A stretch of 64,000 nt of DNA from an uncultured Gemmatimonadota bacterium (GTDB lineage Bacteria > JAAXHH01). A program made the translations under genes and the position numbers. Every line of letters begins with the position of its first letter. Position 1 is the first letter of the stretch. The notes under the pieces are model-generated. The model did no database searches and was not told where the DNA came from. It worked only from the letters and a program-made list of their open reading frames with translations. Positions 55,822-64,000 of the stretch are shown here, piece by piece. The stretch is from NCBI GenBank assembly GCA_951812955.1, contig OX638340.1, positions 3,360,001 to 3,424,000 on the forward strand. The letters run 5' to 3'.

Positions 55822-57513
55822 TCAGTACTTCAACCCGGTGTACAAAGACTCATCCACGTGGGCGACCAGGACACGCGCTTCGCGGTCATGCACCCACCGC
55901 GCGACGGCGTTGCGGGTTTCTTCCAGTGTGCGGACGGCCTCGGCGCCGACCCCGAATCCTTCGGCGACCCTGACCCAGTCCACCGGTGCGAAATCGACGC
56001 CGGTCTCGGGCAGCCCGCGCGCCTGCTGGGCGATCTTGATGACGGCCAGCGAAGCGTCGTACAGGACGACGAGCAGGGGCGCCATACCGGTCCGATTAAT
56101 GGTTTCGAGTTCCTGTACCATCATGGCGAAGGCGCCATCACCGGTCACGGCTGCGACGGGACGGTCGGGATGGACCGTCGCGGCGCCCATGGCCGCGCCC
56201 ACGCCGTAACCCATGGATGAAAGTCCGTTGGACATGAGCAAGGTGTCCGGTCCGGGCGCCAGCCATCGCTGACCCATGACGTTCTTGTGGGCTCCCACGT
56301 CCGACGAGACGATGGCGTCCTCCGGCAGGGCCTCTTGCAGGACGCCGACCAGGTGATAGGGCGACATGCCGCCCGGTCCCACCGTAGCCGGCGGGTGGTA
56401 CATCGCGTCGACCCGCGCGCGCAGGTATCGAATGTCGTCGTCCGTCCACGCGCTTCGCCCGGTGTACTCCGCCGCGATGCGGTCCAGCAGGTCTGAGACG
56501 TCACCCACGCAGCAAGCGGGTGGGCTGTAGGCGCCGAAGCTTACGGGGGCGTTGGCGACCACGTGCAAGGGTGCGTCGAAGTGCCAGAGCCGGGAGATCT
56601 CCACGGGATCGAAGCCGATGCCCAGGACGCAGTCGCTTTGCTCGATCTGTTCGATGATGCGATCTTCGCCCGCGGCCGGCGCGATCGTGCCCAGGAATCC
56701 CTTCCCGCGTTCGTCCGCGATCCCCTTCGCCTGCACGGTCGTAGTATAGGGTATGCCCGTGTCCCGAAGGAAACGGCGCACGGCCGGCGCGTCCCCCGGG
56801 CCGTCCATTGCGATGCCGACTACGGCAATGGGTCGTTCCGCACCGTTCAGGCTGGCGAGTATGCGGGGAAAATCGGATTCGTCCGCCTGGACCGGCGGAG
56901 GCGGACGGCCTGGTCCGGCCTGCCCGGCGGCTTCCTGAAGAAAAGGATCGGGGCCGGCATCCCGATTCGCGGATTCGTCAGAGACCGGCTTCCCCGCCAG
57001 GTCGGACGGCAGGGCCAGGTAGACCGGGCCCCGCGGCGGGCCGGCGGCGACGGACAGGGCGGTTTTAACGGTATCTTCGATCCGGGCTTCTTCCAGGTCG
57101 ACGGACCAGCGGGTGATGGGCCTGAACAGATCGACCAGGGGCAGGTTCTGCTTGTTGCTGCGGTGGTGCCGCCCGGTCGCTGTCCGCGCGGAAATGGCCA
57201 GTACCGGATCCCGGTCAAGGTAGGCGGTCCCGGCGCCAAGGACCAGGTTGCAGGCGCCAGGGCCCAGGGTCGCGACGCACACCCCGGGGATCCCGGTCAG
57301 CCGACCCGCGGCGGCGGCCATGAACGCCGCCGTGGATTCGTGGCCGGTCAGGACGAACCGAATGCCCGCGCCTTCGAGCGCGTCGATCAGTTCCAGCACT
57401 TCCCCGCCGGGATGTCCAAAGGCGAAGCGGACGCCGGCGTCATGCAGGGTGTGCGCGATGACCGCCGCACCGGTTGGGCCAGGGTTCAATCGGTCGTCCT
57501 TGGTAGTGGTCAT
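55822..57513 (-). CDS. Thiamine-pyrophosphate-dependent enzyme (acetolactate-synthase-like), second copy
   Basis: TPP N/M/C domain order; ...GHPGGEVLELIDAL...; TPP-binding ...VTGDGAFAMMVQELETI.... Confidence 0.75.
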   Translation of the reverse strand: MTTTKDDRLNPGPTGAAVIAHTLHDAGVRFAFGHPGGEVLELIDALEGAGIRFVLTGHESTAAFMAAAAGRLTGIPGVCVATLGPGACNLVLGAGTAYLDRDPVLAISARTATGRHHRSNKQNLPLVDLFRPITRWSVDLEEARIEDTVKTALSVAAGPPRGPVYLALPSDLAGKPVSDESANRDAGPDPFLQEAAGQAGPGRPPPPVQADESDFPRILASLNGAERPIAVVGIAMDGPGDAPAVRRFLRDTGIPYTTTVQAKGIADERGKGFLGTIAPAAGEDRIIEQIEQSDCVLGIGFDPVEISRLWHFDAPLHVVANAPVSFGAYSPPACCVGDVSDLLDRIAAEYTGRSAWTDDDIRYLRARVDAMYHPPATVGPGGMSPYHLVGVLQEALPEDAIVSSDVGAHKNVMGQRWLAPGPDTLLMSNGLSSMGYGVGAAMGAATVHPDRPVAAVTGDGAFAMMVQELETINRTGMAPLLVVLYDASLAVIKIAQQARGLPETGVDFAPVDWVRVAEGFGVGAEAVRTLEETRNAVARWVHDREARVLVAHVDESLYTGLKY

Positions 57514-57603
57514 TCAATCAGCATGTGACGTCTATGGAAGGTACACGCGAACCGACCAGGACATGAACGTGGAGTGATGCCGAGGCGCCGCCGTCCGATT
57601 CGC

Positions 57604-58968
57604 TCAGTCGGAAGTGACCAGGTCTCCTCGCCGGAGATGGATCCGGTCGAAGCTGTCGGAGGAGATGACGTAGTACCACTGGGCGAAACGTGCGTTCAGG
57701 TCGGCGGAGGTCCGGCGCCCCGTATCGACGTTCCGCTGCCACGCTTCGTGTTTTTCCTGCAGGTCGGCGTTAGTCCGGTCGGCGTCGGTCCAGAGCGAGT
57801 CCGGCCGATTCTGGAAAGTCAGGTCGTCCGGCCTGCGCGGTTCCGGAAACGAGGCAGCGTCGAAACCGGTCGTGATGAACAGGTACCGGTTCTCGCCCGG
57901 TCCGACCGGACCGCCGGTCCCGGCTGCGCCCGTGCCGGCCGTAAGTCCATCGCCGGCGCCGTACGCGATCTCGCCGAAGCGCAGCGTGTATAGCACGCCG
58001 TCCCTGGTGCGGACCTGGGCCTCTCCCTCGTTGGAGACCAGTTGGCCGTCCCGGGTAAAGAAGTAACCCTTTTCCTGTAGGGAGGCCATATCGCTTCGCG
58101 TGATGCCGATGCCTTCGTCGTTGTCCTCCAGGCTCCTCGAAAGGCCGGCGGGCTTGGGACGGACGCCGACGATGGTCAGTTCGTCCAGGGCCTTGAGCAG
58201 GTCTTCCATCTTTACCTCGTCGACCAGCTGCCCGCTCCGCATGCGATTGACCGTCCAGTCGGTGTCTCCGCGGGTCAGGACGATCGTGTCGCGCTGGTTC
58301 AGGACCCTGGTGCGTTCGTCGATGGAGTAGTCCTTCAGGGTCACCTGCTCGATCCGGTCCGGGTCCACCTCCAGCAGGTCCTGCTCGATCCAGTCGCCGA
58401 ACCGGGACGAGACGTCCACGTCGAAGCGCGCCGCGTAGGTCCTTTTCTGGCCTGGCACCCGGAGGTAGCGGTACCTGCCCTCCCGCCCGGGCACGTTTTT
58501 GCCGATGATCAGGTCGGCGAGCAGGTTGTCGTTCCCGTCCTTTATCGTCACGCGCTTGCCTCGTCCGGCCAGCGAGGCGACGGATTCGTCCAGCGGGTCC
58601 ACCACGCCCAGGGCCTCATGGTCCGAGGCGACCTCGGCGACCACGTCGTCCTTGCGGGCCTCGATGAGACCGGCGGCGGTACGGGCCAGACGGTCCCGGT
58701 CATCCGCGGGGTAGTTGTGGTGGGACGGGATCCGCCAGCGCGTACCCTTGAACACCACATTGAAAGCGTCCACGCGGCCGGTCACCTCGTCGAAGTCGAT
58801 GACCTCCAGCGAAGCCGCTTCGTTGGGATCGGCGAATGCTGGAAAGAAGGCCTCGCCACGGTCGGAGAAAGCTTCAGGCGTAGGGTCCGCCGGCGCAACC
58901 AGAAATGCGGCGACGGTCACCACCGCGGCGGCGGCGACAAAGGCCAGGGTCTTGCGGATTTCATTCAT
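57604..58968 (-). CDS. DUF4340-domain protein (accessory component of GldG-type ABC systems), N-terminal TM anchor
   Basis: TM MNEIRKTLAFVAAAAVVTVAAFLV. Its position last in the ABC ATPase - permease/GldG - DUF4340 operon matches the widespread arrangement. Confidence 0.55.
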   Translation of the reverse strand: MNEIRKTLAFVAAAAVVTVAAFLVAPADPTPEAFSDRGEAFFPAFADPNEAASLEVIDFDEVTGRVDAFNVVFKGTRWRIPSHHNYPADDRDRLARTAAGLIEARKDDVVAEVASDHEALGVVDPLDESVASLAGRGKRVTIKDGNDNLLADLIIGKNVPGREGRYRYLRVPGQKRTYAARFDVDVSSRFGDWIEQDLLEVDPDRIEQVTLKDYSIDERTRVLNQRDTIVLTRGDTDWTVNRMRSGQLVDEVKMEDLLKALDELTIVGVRPKPAGLSRSLEDNDEGIGITRSDMASLQEKGYFFTRDGQLVSNEGEAQVRTRDGVLYTLRFGEIAYGAGDGLTAGTGAAGTGGPVGPGENRYLFITTGFDAASFPEPRRPDDLTFQNRPDSLWTDADRTNADLQEKHEAWQRNVDTGRRTSADLNARFAQWYYVISSDSFDRIHLRRGDLVTSD

Positions 58969-58975
58969 GGTCGGC

Positions 58976-61708
58976 TCAGCTCCTCAACCGGCGCGCGGCG
59001 GCTGCGGCTTCGTTCTCCCGCCGCCTTCTCCTTACGAATATGAATACGCCCAGGAGGAATACAGGCACGGGCGGCAACAGGGCGGCCAGGTTCTTTATGG
59101 TATTCTGAATCAATCGAATCTGGCCTTCCATCATTTCCTTGCTGGCCTGGATCCGGGCTTCCTTTTCTGCCTCGATATTGGTCTTCAGGGTTTCGAACCG
59201 ACGGTTCTCCAATTCCTCCAGGTTGCGGACCATGATCATCCGGGTCTGCTCGTCCAGGTCGGTCCGCTGGCGGACCTCGTCCACACGGGCCGTGAGCCGG
59301 CGGCGGGCCTGGTCCAGGGCCGCCTGCGCCTCCTGTTCGGCCGTGTCCTCGTCCGTGACCCGCTGCTGCGTGTACGCCAGGGTCTGCCTTTCGACCGTCT
59401 CGAGCGTCCGGTACCGTACCCGCTTGCTGCGAAGTGCGATGAAGGATTCGTCCCCGGCCAGGACGTCCATAGCGTTCAGGAAGAAGGTCACGTTGTCGAA
59501 ATTCAGTCCCGCGGCGCCCATGCGACGGATATCGAAGAACTGCTGCGACGCGAAATCCACGTCGGCCACGACGACCAGGTTGACAGGCGCGGTCATCCCG
59601 GTGTCGAGCCCGTCGACCGTGCCGGAGTCTGTCTCGTCACCGCCCGCCGCGCCGCCGGCCTCCGCGAAACCTGTTACGCGGGCCGCCATCGTGTAGGCAT
59701 GCTCGCTCGCCCGCCGGGGCACGTTGGAAAGGACCAGTTGCGAGCCCCCGAAGAAGTTGCGCTGCACGAGTTGGGAATAAACTGTAAGCCCCGATGCCAC
59801 TCCGCTCTGCACGAGGGGCTCGAAGGCGTAGCCGCCGGTCCCGGCGGGTTGCAACCGGCCCGGGAAGATGAAGACGAGTTCCTGCAGCGAGGCGGTGCTG
59901 GCCGCTTCTCCATTGAACGTGTCCGGGTTCTCGTTGCCCGGAGAGGCGAAGACCACTTCCGGCGGCAGATGAGCCATGCCCGGGTGGGGATTATAGCGGT
60001 CCCACACGATCAGCCCGGCATTCCATTCCACGCCGAATCTTCGCAGTAGGCCCTGGATATCGCCCTTGGGCGTCGGCGCAGGCTGCTGGTTGCCGGCGAA
60101 GGGATTGTTGCCCGCGCCCTTCTGCTCCGAGGGAGAAAGGGTCAGGTTGAAGGACGGCAGGGGATCCACGAGGAGCAGGGTGGGATGGCCCTCTTCGATG
60201 TAATCGGAAAGCCGGTCCATTTCTTCCTGCGCCAACGTGTTGGGCAGGGCGACCATGAGCGCGTCGAGATCGTCCGGATAGTCTTCCTGCGGCTGGACCT
60301 GCACCACGTCGTATTGCTTGCGCAGCTCCTCGGTCATGGCCCAGGGCTGCCGGCTCTGCATGGTGTTGAAATCGAATCCACCGAAGAGCCGAACGTCCGT
60401 GGTTAATATGCCGATTTTTGCGCGGTCCGCGCGGGCGACCACACGCAGGCTGCGCACCAGTTCATATTCTACGGGCAGCCCGGAATCCAGGAACCCGATG
60501 ACCCGTTCCTCCGGACCGCAGGTGACGGCTATCCCGGCGAACACATTTGTAAATCCCGAACGGGCGCTTCGAAGATCCGGCAGCTCTCGGGGCGTGATGC
60601 CGAATCGTTCCCGGGCTTCGCGGGCCTCCGGGGTATACATCTCGGTTTCCTCGATCCGCACCTGGACACGGGAGCCTCCCGCGGCGTCCAGCTCCTTGAG
60701 GACGTCCACCAGGTTAGAACGGGTCTGCACGTAGGATTCCGGCACCTCGGGGCTTACGAAGGCCTGGATGTACACGGGCCGTTCCGGGTCCAGTTCTCCC
60801 AGCATCTGCACGGTCTCGTCGGAGAGCGAATGGAGGCCTTCGGCGGTTACGTCAAGGCGTAGGCCCGCCCGGCCCAGAATGACGTTCAGTCCAATGACCG
60901 CTGCGACGAGCGCCGCCGTCCGCACGCCATGATGGATTCCCATCCGGTAGCCCCCGACCTGCGCGGGCCAGTGGCGGCGGCTGATCAGCACCACGTTCAG
61001 ATACAGCATGAGTCCCGTGACCGAAACGAAATGGACCAGGCCGGAGATACTCACGACGCCGCGCGCGAAGTCATCGAAGGCGCTGAAGAGGCCTAGAGGT
61101 GAGAGCAGGTCGCGCAGCCCCTCGCTGACACCGCTCGTTATGGAGCCTATCAGCACGAAGACTGCGCAGAACAGGGCGCCGAGGATGAAGGCGATGGTCA
61201 CGTGAGCAGTCAGCAGGGACGCCAGCATGCCGACGGAGATGAGGGCGGCTCCGGCGAACCAGTAACCCAGGTAGTTGCCCGCCATGAGCCCGAGGTCGGG
61301 ACTCCCGAGAAACATCAGAACCAGCACGTGGGTCAGCGAGAGCGCGAGCGAGGCCGTATAGACGCCCAGCACCGCGAGGTATTTGCCCAGGACGATTTCC
61401 AGGTCCGTGGCGGGCAGGGTAAGCAGCAGTTCATCCGTTCCCTGCCGTGTTTCCTCGGCCCAGACGCCCATGGTCAGCGCGGGTACGAAGAAGAGAAGCA
61501 GGTAGGGGAACACGGCGTTCAACTGATCGAGATTGGCCAGGTTGTTCAGGAAGAACTGGACCTGCCAGAACGCGGCGGCCGCGCTGAGGAAGATGAACAG
61601 GGTGACGAAGACGTATCCTGTGGGATTGCTGAAGGCCAGGCGCATGTCGCGGCGGGCGATGGCCGCAATAACCCTCCCGTTGAGTCGGCCGAGCAGTCCG
61701 ATGTTCAT
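58976..61708 (-). CDS. Fusion of an ABC-2-type permease (GldF-like, N-terminal ~250 aa) with a GldG-like ABC-type uncharacterised-transport-system auxiliary domain; C-terminal TM anchor
   Basis: Six TM helices N-terminally, a large extracytoplasmic domain, a C-terminal TM LLPPVPVFLLGVFIFV. ATGA overlap with the upstream ABC ATPase gene. Confidence 0.65.
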   Translation of the reverse strand: MNIGLLGRLNGRVIAAIARRDMRLAFSNPTGYVFVTLFIFLSAAAAFWQVQFFLNNLANLDQLNAVFPYLLLFFVPALTMGVWAEETRQGTDELLLTLPATDLEIVLGKYLAVLGVYTASLALSLTHVLVLMFLGSPDLGLMAGNYLGYWFAGAALISVGMLASLLTAHVTIAFILGALFCAVFVLIGSITSGVSEGLRDLLSPLGLFSAFDDFARGVVSISGLVHFVSVTGLMLYLNVVLISRRHWPAQVGGYRMGIHHGVRTAALVAAVIGLNVILGRAGLRLDVTAEGLHSLSDETVQMLGELDPERPVYIQAFVSPEVPESYVQTRSNLVDVLKELDAAGGSRVQVRIEETEMYTPEAREARERFGITPRELPDLRSARSGFTNVFAGIAVTCGPEERVIGFLDSGLPVEYELVRSLRVVARADRAKIGILTTDVRLFGGFDFNTMQSRQPWAMTEELRKQYDVVQVQPQEDYPDDLDALMVALPNTLAQEEMDRLSDYIEEGHPTLLLVDPLPSFNLTLSPSEQKGAGNNPFAGNQQPAPTPKGDIQGLLRRFGVEWNAGLIVWDRYNPHPGMAHLPPEVVFASPGNENPDTFNGEAASTASLQELVFIFPGRLQPAGTGGYAFEPLVQSGVASGLTVYSQLVQRNFFGGSQLVLSNVPRRASEHAYTMAARVTGFAEAGGAAGGDETDSGTVDGLDTGMTAPVNLVVVADVDFASQQFFDIRRMGAAGLNFDNVTFFLNAMDVLAGDESFIALRSKRVRYRTLETVERQTLAYTQQRVTDEDTAEQEAQAALDQARRRLTARVDEVRQRTDLDEQTRMIMVRNLEELENRRFETLKTNIEAEKEARIQASKEMMEGQIRLIQNTIKNLAALLPPVPVFLLGVFIFVRRRRRENEAAAAARRLRS

Positions 61709-62583
61709 TCGTCCGCCTCCCCGTTCGTCGCCTTCGAGTTCGCTGCGCCCCCGTTTATTTTGTCCCCTTTTGCCGTGTCCCGGCTCGTCGCTTCCCCGTT
61801 CGCCGTGTCCTCACCTGCCAGCCCGGCGGCGGTTTCGTCAAAACGGGTCTCCTCGCCGCTGGCTTCGGACGATGCCGAACCATTCCCGGTCAATGCGTAA
61901 AAGGATTCTTCCAGCGTACCGTCCCGCTGCAGCGTGTCGGGCGTGCCGTCGAAGACCAGCCGGCCTTCGTGGATCAGCAGCACACGGTCGGCGATGGCGT
62001 CCACTTCCTGGAGGATATGGGTAGACAGGAGTACGGTCTTGGTCTGCCCGAGCAACCGGATGTCCTGCCGGAAATCCCGGATCTGGTTGGGGTCGAGGCC
62101 GGCAGTCGGCTCGTCCATGATGAGCACGTCGGGATCATGAAGCAGGGCCTGAGCCAGGCCGACCCGCTGTTTGTTGCCCCTGGACAGCTTGTCTATGGGT
62201 TTTTCGAGGGCTTGGTCCAGGCTGCACCGGTCGATGACGTAGTCCAAGCGCCTGGTCAAGAGCCCACGCTCGAGACCCCGGGCCTCGCCGAAGAACCGCA
62301 ACAGTTCCAGCGGCGTCATGTTCTGGTACAAAGGACCGTTTTCAGGGAGGTAGCCCAGGTGCCGCGACATGGCGAGACGGTCCCGCCGCACATCAAATCC
62401 GGCGATGGACGCGCTGCCGGCGCTGGCGCCCAGGTAACCGCTGAGGATCTTCATCGTCGTGGACTTGCCTGCGCCGTTTGGACCCAGGAACGCCACGATC
62501 TGACCGTCGGGTATTTTAAAGGAGATGTCTTGCACGGCGACAAAGGAACCGTAGTACTTGCATAGTCCCTTTGCTTCGATCAT
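61705..62583 (-). CDS. ABC transporter ATP-binding protein (start at the ATG at 62583; acidic, low-complexity C-terminal tail)
   Basis: Walker A GPNGAGKSTT, signature LSRGNKQRVGLAQAL, Walker B VLIMDEPTAGLD. Confidence 0.85.
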   Translation of the reverse strand: MIEAKGLCKYYGSFVAVQDISFKIPDGQIVAFLGPNGAGKSTTMKILSGYLGASAGSASIAGFDVRRDRLAMSRHLGYLPENGPLYQNMTPLELLRFFGEARGLERGLLTRRLDYVIDRCSLDQALEKPIDKLSRGNKQRVGLAQALLHDPDVLIMDEPTAGLDPNQIRDFRQDIRLLGQTKTVLLSTHILQEVDAIADRVLLIHEGRLVFDGTPDTLQRDGTLEESFYALTGNGSASSEASGEETRFDETAAGLAGEDTANGEATSRDTAKGDKINGGAANSKATNGEADE

Positions 62584-62863
62584 TGTTCTTTCGGACACCC
62601 CGGTTCTCGCTCCTTTGCTTGCGTCATAAGCAGATGTCCGCATGCTAATCGCGTCGTTTTTTCGCGGCGTCGAATAATAACAAAGGGTCTTACGCCGTGT
62701 CAAGTCTGTAATCGCGGAACCAGCGAAATTACTTGACATAACGGCTAAAATAGCATAGTTTTATAGACTGAAATACCTTAGAGAATTCTGCTCATGTTGC
62801 ACAATCTTTGGATTGGTTCACCTGCCTTAGGGACTGGTCCATCTACCTCGTGACGAGTCCGGT

Positions 62864-63133
62864 ATGAAACTCCTTACGTTCTCCTCCATCCTGGTATTTG
62901 CCTTTCTTCTTACCAGTCCGCCGCATCATTGCCACGGACTGGATCAGGGCGCTGCAATTGCAGACCAATGCCAGGGTTGCCTTTTCGGCGGCGCATCCTC
63001 CGCGGTGCTCGAAAAGTCGCCTTCTACGCTCTCTGGGCACGAGTTTGTCGCCACCGTGGCCGACGCGCCGGAGCCTGGGCATCCCCAGGCACGGAACGCG
63101 CAGCACCGGAACCGCGCACCGCCCCTTTCCTGA
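62864..63133 (+). CDS. Possible small secreted Cys-containing protein (89 aa)
   Basis: Signal-peptide-like N-terminus MKLLTFSSILVFAFLLTS, then CHG...CQGC. No SD. Sits in a 790-bp lower-GC intergenic region. Confidence 0.2.
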   Translation: MKLLTFSSILVFAFLLTSPPHHCHGLDQGAAIADQCQGCLFGGASSAVLEKSPSTLSGHEFVATVADAPEPGHPQARNAQHRNRAPPLS

Positions 63134-63526
63134 CCTGACACCCCGCAGGATCCGGCCGATCGCCCGACCCATAGGGCACGGCCCGCGACCACTTCAGGAC
63201 TTGCACGATTCATATCGTCCAGTCCTCTGTCCTCAACGATAGCATTAAAATAGTTCGGATGACGCCGCTGGCAAGTGGTCGAGGGTGAATTTCCTTCGAA
63301 GAAACCAGTGTTCCACCAAGCGGCTTAGACGAGTTCGGTACCAGATCCAGCGGTTCTAAATCAGGTCATCCCGGGCAGGTCACCTGTTTGAGCAGGGCGA
63401 GCCTTGACGCTCTCGTCTCCGACGGGTTGAAACCGATGTTATGAGCATGATCTTAAGAAGCAGTTCGATACACAAGGCAGATGCAGTTCAACTTACGCAA
63501 CGCAGCAAAAAGAGAGGAAGTTCGAT

Positions 63527-64000
63527 ATGTTCAGGCATCGCTGGAACGTACTGTCAATCCTTACCGCCGCGGTATTTGTCTCCGCCGCGCTGACGTTTGC
63601 ATGTGCGGACGATGAAGACACCAGTCCGACCGGTCCTTCCGAACCGAACGGACAGGATGAGGACGACCATGGACCGGGCGAAGAAGAGCTCATTACGACG
63701 CTCGAAATCACACTTACGCCCAGTGGCGGGGGAGCGCCGTACACCGTGCGGTGGCGGGACTTGGACGGCTTAGGCGGCAACCATCCGGTCGTGGACAGGA
63801 TTGAGCTAGACGCGGGTACGGTTTACAATGGCACGGTACGGGTGTTGAACGAAACCGAGAGCCCGCCGGAGAATATCACCGAGGAGGTGGAGGAGGAAGC
63901 CGAGGCCCACCAGTTCTTCTATGCCACCCTGGGCGGTTTTTCACCGGCCTCCGTTACCTACGCGGACAAGGAATCCGATTACGTAACGAACTCGGGCGCC
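63527..64000 (+). CDS. Putative lipoprotein, 3' partial (runs off the window)
   Basis: SD GAGGAAG 7 nt before the ATG at 63527. Signal peptide + lipobox-like LTFAC. Acidic, low-complexity linker (DDEDTSPTGPSEPNGQDEDDHGPGEEE). Confidence 0.55.
   Translation, partial: MFRHRWNVLSILTAAVFVSAALTFACADDEDTSPTGPSEPNGQDEDDHGPGEEELITTLEITLTPSGGGAPYTVRWRDLDGLGGNHPVVDRIELDAGTVYNGTVRVLNETESPPENITEEVEEEAEAHQFFYATLGGFSPASVTYADKESDYVTNSGA

Noticed and set aside
63330-63400. tRNA-like GGTTC-containing stretch
   Set aside because: No cloverleaf could be built: no acceptor/anticodon stem complementarity and no CCA context.

Overview
High-GC (~65%) bacterial chromosomal window. Gene content suggests an FCB-group lineage (inference): a T9SS C-terminal sorting domain, a SusC-like TonB receptor with a CarboxypepD_reg N-domain, a GldG-type ABC system, and a DUF4295-like mini-protein. 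Layout: (1) 1-19.5 kb is a phosphate-starvation (Pho) locus. It runs phoR-like histidine kinase (5' partial), two tandem paralogous 109-aa membrane proteins, ppk1 (convergent), an AT-rich patch with a hypothetical protein, a TonB-dependent receptor, a 1021-aa T9SS-secreted protein built from a near-perfect 2 x 1344-bp tandem duplication, pstC-pstA-pstB-phoU, a convergent tRNA-dihydrouridine synthase, a cupin, and a porin-like outer-membrane beta-barrel. No pstS is present. (2) 19.8-26.3 kb is a kynurenine catabolic operon on the minus strand: ACMSD, kynureninase, KMO, 2-aminomuconate-semialdehyde dehydrogenase, RidA-type deaminase, 3-hydroxyanthranilate 3,4-dioxygenase. (3) 26.5-46.2 kb is a catabolic island: four PhyH-family Fe/2OG dioxygenases, a signal-less sulfatase, an APC permease, a homoprotocatechuate meta-cleavage trio (extradiol dioxygenase, HpaE-like ALDH, FAH-family hydratase), two TPP enzymes, a 2-hydroxyacid dehydrogenase, two enolase-superfamily (MR/MLE) enzymes, two odd P-loop-like proteins, a DUF523/DUF1722 fusion, an isochorismatase and a Gfo/Idh/MocA oxidoreductase. 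(4) 46.3-64 kb is housekeeping and envelope genes: Ser/Thr kinase with PD40 propeller, apt, two GT9 heptosyltransferases, rlmN preceded by a 3 x 66-bp tandem repeat, a CAAX protease, a PiT phosphate transporter, a second TPP enzyme, a DUF4340 + fused ABC-2/GldG permease + ABC ATPase operon, and a 3'-partial lipoprotein. No rRNA, tRNA, CRISPR array, transposase or integrase was recognised. Many long ORFs in the track are antisense artefacts of high GC and were rejected.
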